Assembly: GCA_021325135.1 (NCBI GenBank)
Contig: JAJPHT010000020.1
Location: forward strand, 99,721 to 163,720
DNA: 64,000 bases
Source: Pseudomonadota bacterium
GTDB taxonomy: Archaea > Thermoplasmatota > SW-10-69-26 > JACQPN01 > JAJPHT01
Direction of reading: 5' to 3'
The position numbers and the translations under genes were made by a program. The notes beneath the pieces were generated by a model. It was not told the DNA's origin. It did not search any database and worked only from the letters and a program-made list of their open reading frames with translations. Below are positions 47,728-56,726 of the stretch, piece after piece. The first letter of the stretch is position 1. Each line of letters begins with the position of its first letter.

Positions 47728-48099
47728 ATGCCAGCGCGGCCGCATCCCGGCCGCGTGCCCTCGTACGAGGACGTCCACAAGGCCCTTCGCCACTTCGTCG
47801 AGGCGCGCGACTGGGACGCCTTCCACGCCCCCAAGGACCTCGCCCTCTCCCTGGCCATCGAGGCGGGGGAGCTGCTGGAGGTCTTCCAGTGGCGCGACCT
47901 CACCGCCGCCGACCTCACGCCCGAGGACCGCGCGCGCATCGGCGAGGAGCTGGCGGACGTCGCCATGTACGCCATCCTCCTGGCGGACAAGGCGGGGCTG
48001 GACCTCATGGAGGCCATCGCCCGGAAGCTCGACGCCAACGCCGCGAAGTACCCCGTGGAGAAGGCCCGCGGACGGGCCGACAAGTACGACCGCCTGTGA
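47728..48099 (+). CDS. MazG-like nucleotide pyrophosphohydrolase (dCTPase type)
   Basis: RDWDAFHAPKDLALSLAIEAGELLEVFQW, EELADV, KYPVEKARG. Confidence 0.9.
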   Translation: MPARPHPGRVPSYEDVHKALRHFVEARDWDAFHAPKDLALSLAIEAGELLEVFQWRDLTAADLTPEDRARIGEELADVAMYAILLADKAGLDLMEAIARKLDANAAKYPVEKARGRADKYDRL

Positions 48100-48138
48100 C
48101 AGGAAGGGTTTTTGAGGGGGCAGGCGGACTCCGCCAGC

Positions 48139-48837
48139 ATGCGAGGGAGGCTTGCGGGAGTGGTCGCCATGCTTGGCCTGGCGCTGCTCGCGCCCGTGGC
48201 GAGCGCCGCGATCTGCACCGTGGCGGGCCCCTACGGGAACGTCCAGTACCAGTGCGACGGGGGATCCGGGGGCGCGGCCAAGTCCAGCGATCCCTGGTGG
48301 GCGAGCCCCACGACGCAGGCCATCGTCGCGTTCGTGGGCCTCGCGGGCTCCGCCATTGCAGGCGGCTACGCGCTCTACCGCGTCCGCGCGCGGCGCAAGG
48401 CGCTCACCGACGCCATCCTCTCCATCGAGCGCGCCTACTCGGAGACCAAGGGCTCGCCCGAGACGGGCATCCCGCGCCTCGTCGCGCTGCGGCAGGACTT
48501 CCGCGCGCTCCACCAGAAGGGGAAGCTGGACGACGGCCACTTCCTGGAGCTTGACAAGCGCGCGACGGAGCACATCGTCCGCCTGCGCGTCCTCGACCTG
48601 GACCGCCGCTTCCTGGGCCTGCCGCCCGGCCTCATGGCCGAGGTGCGCCGCCTGGTGGGCGACGGCCACGTGAGCCAGGAGGACGTGGACCTGGTGGAGC
48701 GCCACGCCGCGGCCTTCCGCGTCCCCGAGCCGCGCCGCGGCGAGCTGGTCGGCCTCGTCCGAAGCTGGTGCACCGACGATGGCGCGGCCGAGGCGTCCGC
48801 CGAGCCGCTACCCGCGCACAAGCTCCTGGTACGCTGA
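48139..48837 (+). CDS. Hypothetical single-pass membrane protein
   Basis: Signal peptide, short Cys-pair ectodomain, TM helix, helical cytoplasmic domain. Confidence 0.65.
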   Translation: MRGRLAGVVAMLGLALLAPVASAAICTVAGPYGNVQYQCDGGSGGAAKSSDPWWASPTTQAIVAFVGLAGSAIAGGYALYRVRARRKALTDAILSIERAYSETKGSPETGIPRLVALRQDFRALHQKGKLDDGHFLELDKRATEHIVRLRVLDLDRRFLGLPPGLMAEVRRLVGDGHVSQEDVDLVERHAAAFRVPEPRRGELVGLVRSWCTDDGAAEASAEPLPAHKLLVR

Positions 48838-49614
48838 GGGCCGCCGCGCGGGGAACGTCGCCTGGTGCTTGCGGAACTCGTCCAGCCGCGCGAAGTCCAG
48901 GTCCGCCACGAGGACCTCCTCCTCGAAGTCGTCCCGGTAGTGGGCCAGCGCGCCCCAGGGCGCTGTGACCAGGGAGCGGCCTGCGATCCCGCCCTGCCCG
49001 TCGGCTCCCGCCCGGCGGAAGCCGCCCGCCTTGACGAGGAAGGCGCCCGCGTCGTAGGCCCGCGCGATGAAGATGGCCTCGCGCGCCTCCCGGGTGTTGT
49101 CCACCGCGCGCCACGGGCTCATGACGGGGTTGAGCAGCAGGCGCGCGCCCATCACCTGCAGGATGCGCGCCGCCTCGGGGTAGAGCACGTCCGCGCACAC
49201 CAGCATGCCCGTCTCGACGCCGCGCACGGGCGCCACGCGCCACGCGTCGCCGCCCACGACCCCCGAGGCGGCCTCGCGCGGCATGGGGTGCGCCTTCTCC
49301 TGCTCCAGCAGGGGGCGCCCCGCGTCGTAGACGACGCCGCGGTTGAGCGTGCCCGCGGGGCCCGGCTCCAGGAGGTTCCCCGCGACGGCGAGGCCCGACG
49401 CGTGGCTGGCCTCCTCGTAGAACGCCCGCAGCGCGCGCCCCAGCGGCGCGGGGTCCGCGGGGGGCGGGCCCGTCGCGAACCAGTATTCCGGGAGCAGGGC
49501 CAGGTCCGCGCCGGCGTCCCGCGCCCGTGATAGCATCGAGCGCGCCGTCGCGGCGTTGGCATCCCACGTCGCGCCGTGGGGCATCTGGAGGGCCGCGACG
49601 CGGAGCCTGTCCAT
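48808..49614 (-). CDS. Carbon-nitrogen hydrolase (nitrilase superfamily)
   Basis: Glu-Lys-Cys triad: LPEYW, QEKAH, VCADVLYPE; GRSLVTAPWG. Confidence 0.9.
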   Translation of the reverse strand: MDRLRVAALQMPHGATWDANAATARSMLSRARDAGADLALLPEYWFATGPPPADPAPLGRALRAFYEEASHASGLAVAGNLLEPGPAGTLNRGVVYDAGRPLLEQEKAHPMPREAASGVVGGDAWRVAPVRGVETGMLVCADVLYPEAARILQVMGARLLLNPVMSPWRAVDNTREAREAIFIARAYDAGAFLVKAGGFRRAGADGQGGIAGRSLVTAPWGALAHYRDDFEEEVLVADLDFARLDEFRKHQATFPARRPSAYQELVRG

Positions 49615-49672
49615 GAGGCATCCTAGGATGCGCCCCCCTATGGGCGTGTCGCTCCGGGGGCCGGGAGCGGCT

Positions 49673-50626
49673 TCAGGAGCCGGCGCGCCGCGCCAGCAGC
49701 CGGGCGATGGCGCGCGTGAGCGGCATCCCCGTGAGATCCTCGATCCAGAGCCAGGCGGGCTCGGAGTTGACCTCCAGGAACACGAGGTCGTCGGAGGGCG
49801 TGCGCACGAGGTCGATGCCGGAGTAGTCGAGCCCCGCGTCGCGCGTCACCTGCACGCAGCGGCGGGCGGCCTCCCGCGGGAGCCTCACGCGCTCGTAGCG
49901 GGTGCGGTGGTCGTAGCGGCGCCAGTCGACGCGCGTGCGCTCCGTCTCCTGGGAGAAGATCTCCACGGCGTGGACGGCGCCGCCCACGACGGTCGCGCGG
50001 ATCTCGGTCCGCTTGGGGACGTAGGCCTGGGCGAGCACGGGCGCGGCGCGCAGCGCTTCGGCGTCCGCGAGGTCGCGGGCCCCCACGCGCTGCGTCAGCA
50101 CGCGCGTGTCGTCGGGGAGGCCCGCGCTGCCGCTGGGCGACTTCACGGCGAGGCTTCGCAGGCGCCGCGCCATCGCGCGCAGGTCCCTGGGCTCGTTGGA
50201 GAGGAGCGTCTCGGGCACGCGGAAGCCGCGGGCGTGGGCCAGGACAAGCTGGTGGAACTTGTCCCCGGCGCGAACCGCGCGGTCGGGGTCGTTCACCCAC
50301 GGCACGCCCAGCGCGCGGCGCAGCGAGGCGAGGCCCGAGAGGGCGGCGGCGCGGGCGTAGCGGCGGGCGGCCGGCGCCGTGCCGCGCGCGAGCCGCGGCG
50401 CGTCGTGGGAGGAGAGCCACCCGACGCGCACGCCGTCGAGGTCCACCAGCGAGGAGCGCGCCCGCGCGCGGCCGGCGCGGTCCAGGCTCACGCTGAGGGA
50501 GCCCTCGGCCGGGAAGCGGCGCGGGTCGAGGACCCGCGGCTCAAGGCCGACGCCGGGCAGCTCCTCCGCGAGGGCCTTGAGGTGCGCGTTCTCCGGGCTC
50601 CCCAGGAGGAGCGCCGCGGAGGTCAT
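49673..50626 (-). CDS. MvdC/MvdD-like ATP-grasp RiPP macrocyclase
   Basis: LDPRRFP, WVNDP..AGDKFHQL..A...GFRVPETLLSN, QAYVPKRTEIR, VDWRR, FLEVN..AWLWIE...PLTRAIARLL. Confidence 0.8.
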   Translation of the reverse strand: MTSAALLLGSPENAHLKALAEELPGVGLEPRVLDPRRFPAEGSLSVSLDRAGRARARSSLVDLDGVRVGWLSSHDAPRLARGTAPAARRYARAAALSGLASLRRALGVPWVNDPDRAVRAGDKFHQLVLAHARGFRVPETLLSNEPRDLRAMARRLRSLAVKSPSGSAGLPDDTRVLTQRVGARDLADAEALRAAPVLAQAYVPKRTEIRATVVGGAVHAVEIFSQETERTRVDWRRYDHRTRYERVRLPREAARRCVQVTRDAGLDYSGIDLVRTPSDDLVFLEVNSEPAWLWIEDLTGMPLTRAIARLLARRAGS

Positions 50627-50730
50627 TGCCCTTCGTTCTTGATGGTCTCCCGGTCGAAGGTGGCGCCCACGGGGCCGAGGTCGGCGCGCTCGGCGCGGGC
50701 GTACAGGAAGGGGGCCGTTCGTCGCTTCAT
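50623..50730 (-). CDS. Putative graspetide precursor peptide (35 aa)
   Basis: MKRRTAPFLYARAERADLGPVGATFDRETIKNEGQ; ATGA overlap with the ligase; T-tract about 28 nt upstream. Confidence 0.7.
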   Translation of the reverse strand: MKRRTAPFLYARAERADLGPVGATFDRETIKNEGQ

Positions 50731-50789
50731 GCGAGACGGGATCGCGCCCTGGAGGGGAAAAAAGGCGCCGGAAGGCCGAGGGCGGACTT

Positions 50790-51746
50790 TCAGAGCGGGG
50801 GGCCGAGGATCGCGGCGGTGGTGGCCGCGTACCAGTGCGGGGCCTCGCGGTCGAAGTCCAGGTGGCGGCCGCGGGGGACGATCTGGACGGCGAGGCGCGG
50901 CGCGCGGGCGTCCAAGAGGAGCTTCGCGTGGGAGACGGGCACGACGGGGTCGTCCTCGGCGTGGAGGACGAACGCCGGGACCTGGAGCGCGTGGCAGTGC
51001 GCGACGGGGCTGCCCGCGCGAAGGAGGTCCTCCAGCGGGACGCCCAGGGCCTGCGCGCGCAGCGTGAGGAAGCCGTGGAAGTCCTGCACCGCGCCCCGCG
51101 TGCGCTCGCGGATGAGCCAGCGGTACATGCGGCCCAGGATGGAGGGATCGCGGGCGGCGCGCGTCGCCAGGGCCAGGTCCGCGAAGGGGCTCCACGCGAC
51201 GACGCGCTCGAAGCGCTCCGAGGCGCCCGGGAGCGTGCCGGCCAGGAGCGCCACCGCGCCGCCCAGGCTCTCGCCCCACACGGTGACGCGCGCGGCGCCG
51301 CTCTCCTGCCGCAGCCAGTCGGCGGCGGCGTGGACGTCGCGCGCCTCCTGCCTCCCGCCGGTGGGCGCGTGGGCGTGGGAGCCGCCGAAGCCGCGCTGGT
51401 CCAGCACCAGGACGTGCAGGCCGAAGCGGCGCCAGAGGTCCAGCGCGCGGCGCTTGCGGGAGGTGTCGTCCTTGGTCTGGAACGTGCCGGGGACCAGGAG
51501 CAACGCGCCCGCGCCGGGCTTGCCGGGGCCGTAGACCGCGGCGAGGCGCGCGCCGTCCTCGGCCACGACGCGCACGGCGCGCCAGGGGCGCGGGTACGGG
51601 TTCACGCGGGAGAAGAAGCGGTGGGCGCGGGGGAGGTTGTGGGCCACGAAATCCAGGCCGGCCTTCACGTCGGCCCAGGCGTCGGCGGCGCGGCGGCGGC
51701 GCGGGTGGTCGAACGGGATGGTCCCGAAGGCGCCGAGGCTCTCCAT
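50790..51746 (-). CDS. Alpha/beta hydrolase (YheT-like)
   Basis: LDQRGFGGS, WGESLGG, LHAEDDPVV, GRH. Confidence 0.88.
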   Translation of the reverse strand: MESLGAFGTIPFDHPRRRRAADAWADVKAGLDFVAHNLPRAHRFFSRVNPYPRPWRAVRVVAEDGARLAAVYGPGKPGAGALLLVPGTFQTKDDTSRKRRALDLWRRFGLHVLVLDQRGFGGSHAHAPTGGRQEARDVHAAADWLRQESGAARVTVWGESLGGAVALLAGTLPGASERFERVVAWSPFADLALATRAARDPSILGRMYRWLIRERTRGAVQDFHGFLTLRAQALGVPLEDLLRAGSPVAHCHALQVPAFVLHAEDDPVVPVSHAKLLLDARAPRLAVQIVPRGRHLDFDREAPHWYAATTAAILGPPL

Positions 51747-51827
51747 CGCAGGTCCCTCTTGGGCCTCACCCGAGGTAAAGGTTCGGGCTGCTTCCCAAGG
51801 GTGTCCTTGGCCGTTCCCTGAACTCCC

Positions 51828-52121
51828 TCACTGGGCCGGGATGGCCTCGGCCTCTTCCGACTCGGTCGCCTCGGCGGGGGCCGGAAGCTCGACGCGGGTG
51901 GGGAAGTAGCTGAGGATGAGGATGTCGTCGAAGGCGCGCACCCAGCGGTACGGGACCGCGACATCCACGCCGCCCTCGACCAGCGCGGGGTTCGTCTTGG
52001 AGACGAGAAGGCTGTCGAGCTTGCGGCCGGTGACGTCCAGGATCACGTTCTTCACGTGGCCCACGAACGTGCCGGTCGCGGTGTAGACGGGGAGATTCAC
52101 AAAGCGGGTGATCTCTTCCAT
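51828..52121 (-). CDS. PRC-barrel domain protein
   Basis: LPVYTATGTFVGHVKNVILD...VPYRWVRAFDDILIL. Confidence 0.85.
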   Translation of the reverse strand: MEEITRFVNLPVYTATGTFVGHVKNVILDVTGRKLDSLLVSKTNPALVEGGVDVAVPYRWVRAFDDILILSYFPTRVELPAPAEATESEEAEAIPAQ

Positions 52122-52214
52122 TGGTGCATCCCGTCTCGTCATCACGCCAGGCCTCTATTTGACGCTTGGGTTTTGAGATTCGGGGCCGGGCAGCGCCCGG
52201 CCCCGAATCTCCAC

Positions 52215-53153
52215 CTACAGCGTCAGGCGGCAGGTCGAGACATCGCCGCAGAGCTCAGTGGCCTCGACGTAGCCGCCGGGCGTGGGGACGCCCACCGGCA
52301 CGTCGGTCCAGACGATGGTCGCGTCGGGCACCGTCTCGGGCGTCGGCGTCGTGCCCACGCTGGGCTCGGGCACGAAGACGCACTCGGGGCCGAGGATGCA
52401 CTTCTCGACAAACGTCACGCCGGCCGTGGGGAAGGGCACCGTGACCGTCTGCGAGCCCACCTGGGGCGTGGGCACAGGAACGGCCTCCGGAGTGGGGCTC
52501 GTCGTGAGGCACGCGTTGGTGAACGCCTCGGGTTTGTACTCGAAGCACGTGCCGTTGGGCGGAACGATGGTGCCCACTGGCGGCGTCGTGGCCTCGTGGT
52601 GGGTGCAGTCCCCGTTGCCGTTGCACAGGTCGAAGCCCGCAGTGTAGGAGCCGTCGGGGTTGGAGACGACCTGCTCGTGGCTTGGGAGCTGCTCGTACTG
52701 GCGGACGAAAGCCTCCACGACGCCGAGGGTGGGCTGCGTGGCCGGCGTCGTCTCGCTGAAGGGCGTGCACTGGCCATTTCCGTCGCAGAGGTCGAAGCTC
52801 ACGGTGTACGAACCGTCGGGGTCGGACGTCACCTGTTCGTTGCTGGGCGTCAGCTCGAAGGACTGGAGGTCTTGGAGGATCTGGCACTCGCTGTTGCACG
52901 GGCCGCAATCCTGCAAGTACGTGCACTCCAGGCACGGGAGCTGGACGCTGCAGCACACCTGGGTCAGATCGCACTGGAAGCAATGCACGTTGGTCCCGCA
53001 GTTCGAGCAGTCGGAGCCAAGCGTGTCGCAGATGCAGCTCACCTGCGAAGGCGAGCAGGCGGCGGAGGCAACGGGCGTCGGGAGCGCGAAGAACGCGAGC
53101 GCGAGGAGGGTAGGGATCGCCATGGCGATCGCTGGATGGGGGTTCGTTCTCAT
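52215..53153 (-). CDS. Secreted Cys-rich protein with internal repeats
   Basis: Signal peptide; dense Cys N-terminal domain; two EQVxSxPDGSYTxxFDLCxGNGxCT repeats. Confidence 0.7.
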   Translation of the reverse strand: MRTNPHPAIAMAIPTLLALAFFALPTPVASAACSPSQVSCICDTLGSDCSNCGTNVHCFQCDLTQVCCSVQLPCLECTYLQDCGPCNSECQILQDLQSFELTPSNEQVTSDPDGSYTVSFDLCDGNGQCTPFSETTPATQPTLGVVEAFVRQYEQLPSHEQVVSNPDGSYTAGFDLCNGNGDCTHHEATTPPVGTIVPPNGTCFEYKPEAFTNACLTTSPTPEAVPVPTPQVGSQTVTVPFPTAGVTFVEKCILGPECVFVPEPSVGTTPTPETVPDATIVWTDVPVGVPTPGGYVEATELCGDVSTCRLTL

Positions 53154-53247
53154 CTGAAGCCTCTTGGCGGTGGGCCGCCGGAGGCCGTTACCGCCAGGTG
53201 GGTTATGAAGCTGCCGTGGGGAGCGCCCGAGGATTGCATCGTCCGCG

Positions 53248-53862
53248 CTAAAATAACGGCTCCCCGAAGCGCCGCGCCAGCCTCCGCAGCGCCCCCGGCA
53301 TGGGCGCGCCGTCGGGCCCCACGAACGAGGGCGCGTCCCCCTCCCACCGGTGGCGGTAGAAGACGAGGGGCCGCGCGAGCACGTCGCCGAAGTCGCGCTG
53401 CTCGTCGGGCTTGGAGAAGCGGTCGTTGGAGACGCACGCGGCTTCCGGAAGGCGGCGCAGCGCGTGGAGGAGGATGGAGTCCGCCTGGCGCCCCTTGGCG
53501 ACGCTGTGCGGGTATTGCGAGTACTTGCGCTGCCACTCGTAGGGCTCGTCGATGAGCTGGAAGAGGTTGGCGTCTGAGACGACGAAGGGTACGTAGCGCA
53601 GCTTCCGCAGCGCATCCACCACGGCGTCCAGGTCCGCGAGGCGCGCCTTGGGCGCGTTCACCTCGTGGGCCGCGACGGCCCGGCGCCGCGCGACGTTGCT
53701 GGCGTCCACGAAGCACGCGAAGTGGGGCCACGCCTTCTCCTTGAAGGCGACGCTCTTGAGGCACTCCCGCGCGAAGGCCACGCGCTCGTCCTCCGTGGGG
53801 GCCGCGACGCCGGGCACCTCGCCCGTCTCCAGGAAGCGCAGCGCCTCGTCGTCCGTGGGCAC
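53248..53862 (-). CDS. NYN/PIN-fold ribonuclease (Zc3h12a-like)
   Basis: FVDASNVA, VSDANL, ADSILL, VSNDRF acidic tetrad. Confidence 0.75.
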   Translation of the reverse strand: MPTDDEALRFLETGEVPGVAAPTEDERVAFARECLKSVAFKEKAWPHFACFVDASNVARRRAVAAHEVNAPKARLADLDAVVDALRKLRYVPFVVSDANLFQLIDEPYEWQRKYSQYPHSVAKGRQADSILLHALRRLPEAACVSNDRFSKPDEQRDFGDVLARPLVFYRHRWEGDAPSFVGPDGAPMPGALRRLARRFGEPLF

Positions 53863-53953
53863 ACGGGGCACACCGGCCTGGGGGGCAAGAGCGTTCCGCT
53901 GGGCTCCGCGATCCTTCAGCACCCTTATGCGACGCGCTGCGGTTTCCGTGGGC

Positions 53954-54361
53954 ATGGACGATCTGGACCGCGCCCTGCTGCGGATCCTGAAGGACAATGC
54001 CCGCGAGAGCTTCGTCCGCATGGCCGAGGTGCTGGGCACCAGCGAGGGCACCGTCCGCGCGCGGCTCAAGCGCCTCCAGGACGAGGGCGTCATCAAGAAG
54101 TTCACCCTCCAGACCGCCGGCTCCAACGTGAAGGCGTTGATCGAGATCCGCATCGAGACCAACGTGAACACCGCCAGCGTCTCGCAGCAGATCCAGAAGT
54201 GGGACGGCGTCGAGCGTGTGCTGGAGGTCACCGGCGAGCACGACATCGTCGTCTTCGTGGACGTGGCCTCCACCTCGGAGCTCAACGACATCGTGGAGCG
54301 CATCCGCCAGTTCAAGGAAGTGCAGTCGACCCGATCGCGGCTGATCCTGCGGGAGTATTGA
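53954..54361 (+). CDS. Lrp/AsnC-family regulator
   Basis: MDDLDRALLRILKDNAR...SEGTVRARLKRL; EVTGEHD. Confidence 0.93.
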   Translation: MDDLDRALLRILKDNARESFVRMAEVLGTSEGTVRARLKRLQDEGVIKKFTLQTAGSNVKALIEIRIETNVNTASVSQQIQKWDGVERVLEVTGEHDIVVFVDVASTSELNDIVERIRQFKEVQSTRSRLILREY

Positions 54362-54363
54362 GG

Positions 54364-55449
54364 TCAGCGCGCCCCGCGCAGCAGGGCCGCCACGGCGTCG
54401 CGCCTTCCGCGCAGGGCCCAGTCCAGGGGCGTCCCGTCCCAGAGCGTGTCGCGCAGGTCGAGGCGCGCGCCGCGGCCGAGGAGGAGGCGCACCACCTCCT
54501 CGTGGCCGTGCCACGCGGCCTGGTGCAGCGGCGTCGCGTGCGAGTGCGCCCCCACCGGGTTGTAACGATTGGGGTCCTCCCCCGCGTCGAGGAGCAGGCG
54601 CACGACGGAGGCGTGGCCGTGCTGCGCCGCCAGCGCGAGGGCGAGGTGCCGCTCCTGCGCGTCCGCGGCGGGGAGGGCATCGCGCGCCGCCGCCTCGCGG
54701 CCCGTCGCCGCCGCCACGGGGAGGCTCAGTCGCGCGCCGCGCCGCAGGAGCGCGTCAACGGCCTGCCGTTCGCCATGGCCCAACGCGGCGAGCATGGCCT
54801 TGTCCGGGTCCGCGCCGTGGTCGCAGAGCAGGTCCACCAGGGGCGCCTGCACGCCGCGCTCCCGCGGCACGCGGCCCGAGACCACCAGCTCCAGCGCGTC
54901 CGTGGCCATCCCGGCGTCCGCGCCGGCGTCGAGGATCGCCTTCGCCACTTCGACGACGTTGGACGGCAGGCGGCCGCGCCGCACGGGATTCTCCGCGACG
55001 AACTCCAGGAGCGACGGGTGGCGGAAGTAGTTCCCGCCTTCGAGGGTGACGCGCTGGCGCGCGAGGCCGGGGTGCTCGCGCAGGTGCGCGCGGAGGCCCT
55101 CGGCGTCCCCCGCGTCCAGGAGGTCGACGCCCCGGCGGAAGACGGGGTCCTCGATGCGCTCGTGGTGCGGCAGGTCGAGGCGGTCGGCAAGGGTGGGCCG
55201 CTCCAGGTGGGCCTTGAGGCGCGGCCAGCTGGCGAAGCCGTGCTCGCGCGCGATGGTCCATTGCGCGTCGGAGAGCGAGAAGGGCGTCTCCGCGATGGCG
55301 GCGTCGGGGCGCAGGGAGAAGCGCGGGTGGAACTCGCGGATGCGCTGGAGCGCGCCGGGGTCCGCTGCGCGATGCGCGCGGAGCAGGTCCTTCGCCTGGC
55401 GCTTCAGGTGGTCGAGGTGGGGCTTGGGGGGCAGACGCTTGGTGGGCAT
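54364..55449 (-). CDS. Ankyrin-repeat protein
   Basis: LDHLKRQAKDLL and AQWTIAREHGFASW N-terminal domain; TPLHQAAWHGH, TPLDWA. Confidence 0.88.
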   Translation of the reverse strand: MPTKRLPPKPHLDHLKRQAKDLLRAHRAADPGALQRIREFHPRFSLRPDAAIAETPFSLSDAQWTIAREHGFASWPRLKAHLERPTLADRLDLPHHERIEDPVFRRGVDLLDAGDAEGLRAHLREHPGLARQRVTLEGGNYFRHPSLLEFVAENPVRRGRLPSNVVEVAKAILDAGADAGMATDALELVVSGRVPRERGVQAPLVDLLCDHGADPDKAMLAALGHGERQAVDALLRRGARLSLPVAAATGREAAARDALPAADAQERHLALALAAQHGHASVVRLLLDAGEDPNRYNPVGAHSHATPLHQAAWHGHEEVVRLLLGRGARLDLRDTLWDGTPLDWALRGRRDAVAALLRGAR

Positions 55450-55633
55450 GACGGACGACCTCTCGTGGCTGCGCCCGTCGTCCGCAGGGTCGGGCAGAGA
55501 GCTCGTTCGCGCTCGGCTTGCCTGTGCAAGGGGGTGGACTCTGTCCTTCCCGCGGACCGGATGCGCCCCTTCGCGCGCGTCCCGCACGCGCCCCGGCCCG
55601 CATAAAGCCGACGCGCTCGTGGAAGCGACAAAG

Positions 55634-56725
55634 GTGAAGAGGGAACGGCCCGCTGATCGCCTCGTGGACTGGTCCCTCGGCGAGGTCGAGTCGGTCGCGA
55701 AGGCGAGGCTCCCCCAGATGGCGTTCGACTACGCGCAGGGGGGCGCGGGGCCCGAGCGCACGCTGGCGGAGAACGTCGCCGCGTTCGCGCGATATCGTTT
55801 CCGCCCGCGCTTCCTCGTGGACGTCTCGAAGCGCGACCTTTCGACGCGCCTCCTGGGCCGCACGCACCCGGTCCCCTTCGGCCTCGCGCCCACGGCGTTC
55901 CACCGCCTCTTCCACGCCGAGGGGGAGGCGGGCACCGCGCGGGCGGCCGCGTCGCGCGGCGTCGTCCACTGCGTGAGCACCCTCTCCACCACCGCGCTGG
56001 AGGAGGTCGCGCAGGCCGGGGCGCCCCGCTGGTTCCAGCTCTACGTTCACCGCGACCGCGCGCTCACGCGCTCGCTGGTGGAGCGCGCCAAGGGCGCGGG
56101 CTACGAGGCGCTGGTGTGGACCGTGGACGCGCCCGTCTGGGCGCTGCGCGAGCGCGACCGGCGCAACCGCTTCTCGCTGCCGCCCCCGCTGAAGCTCGCC
56201 AACTTCGAGCGATATCTCGACAAGGCGGGCGGCGGGGCCGACGGGCTCGCCAACTACGTCAACAGCCAGCTGGACCCCTCGCTGACGTGGGACGACCTCG
56301 CGTGGCTCAAGGACGTCTCGGGCCTCCCGGTGCTCGTGAAGGGGCTTCTCACGCCCGAGGACGCGGCCCTCGCGGTAGAGCGCGGCGCGGACGGCATGGT
56401 CGTGTCCAACCACGGAGGCCGCATGCTGGACCACGTCCCCGCGACGCTGGACGCGCTGCCGGGCATCGTGCAGGAGGTGCGCGGGCGCGTCCCCGTGCTG
56501 CTGGATGGCGGCGTGCGCCGCGGCGCCGACGTGCTCGTGGCCCTCGCGCTGGGCGCCGACTTCGCGCTGGTGGGGCGCCAGGCCGTGTGGGGGCTCGCCG
56601 CGGGCGGAGAGGCGGGCGTCGCGCGCGTGCTGGACCTGCTGCGCGAGGAGCTTGACAACGCCATGGCGCTCACCGGGCGGCGCAGCGTCGCGGACGTGGA
56701 CGCGAGCCTCGTGGCGCGGGTGTGA
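55634..56725 (+). CDS. FMN-dependent alpha-hydroxy acid oxidase/dehydrogenase
   Basis: LAPTA, WFQLY, TVDAP, VKG, VSNHGGR, DGGVRRGADV. Confidence 0.92.
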   Translation: MKRERPADRLVDWSLGEVESVAKARLPQMAFDYAQGGAGPERTLAENVAAFARYRFRPRFLVDVSKRDLSTRLLGRTHPVPFGLAPTAFHRLFHAEGEAGTARAAASRGVVHCVSTLSTTALEEVAQAGAPRWFQLYVHRDRALTRSLVERAKGAGYEALVWTVDAPVWALRERDRRNRFSLPPPLKLANFERYLDKAGGGADGLANYVNSQLDPSLTWDDLAWLKDVSGLPVLVKGLLTPEDAALAVERGADGMVVSNHGGRMLDHVPATLDALPGIVQEVRGRVPVLLDGGVRRGADVLVALALGADFALVGRQAVWGLAAGGEAGVARVLDLLREELDNAMALTGRRSVADVDASLVARV

Positions 56726-56726
56726 C

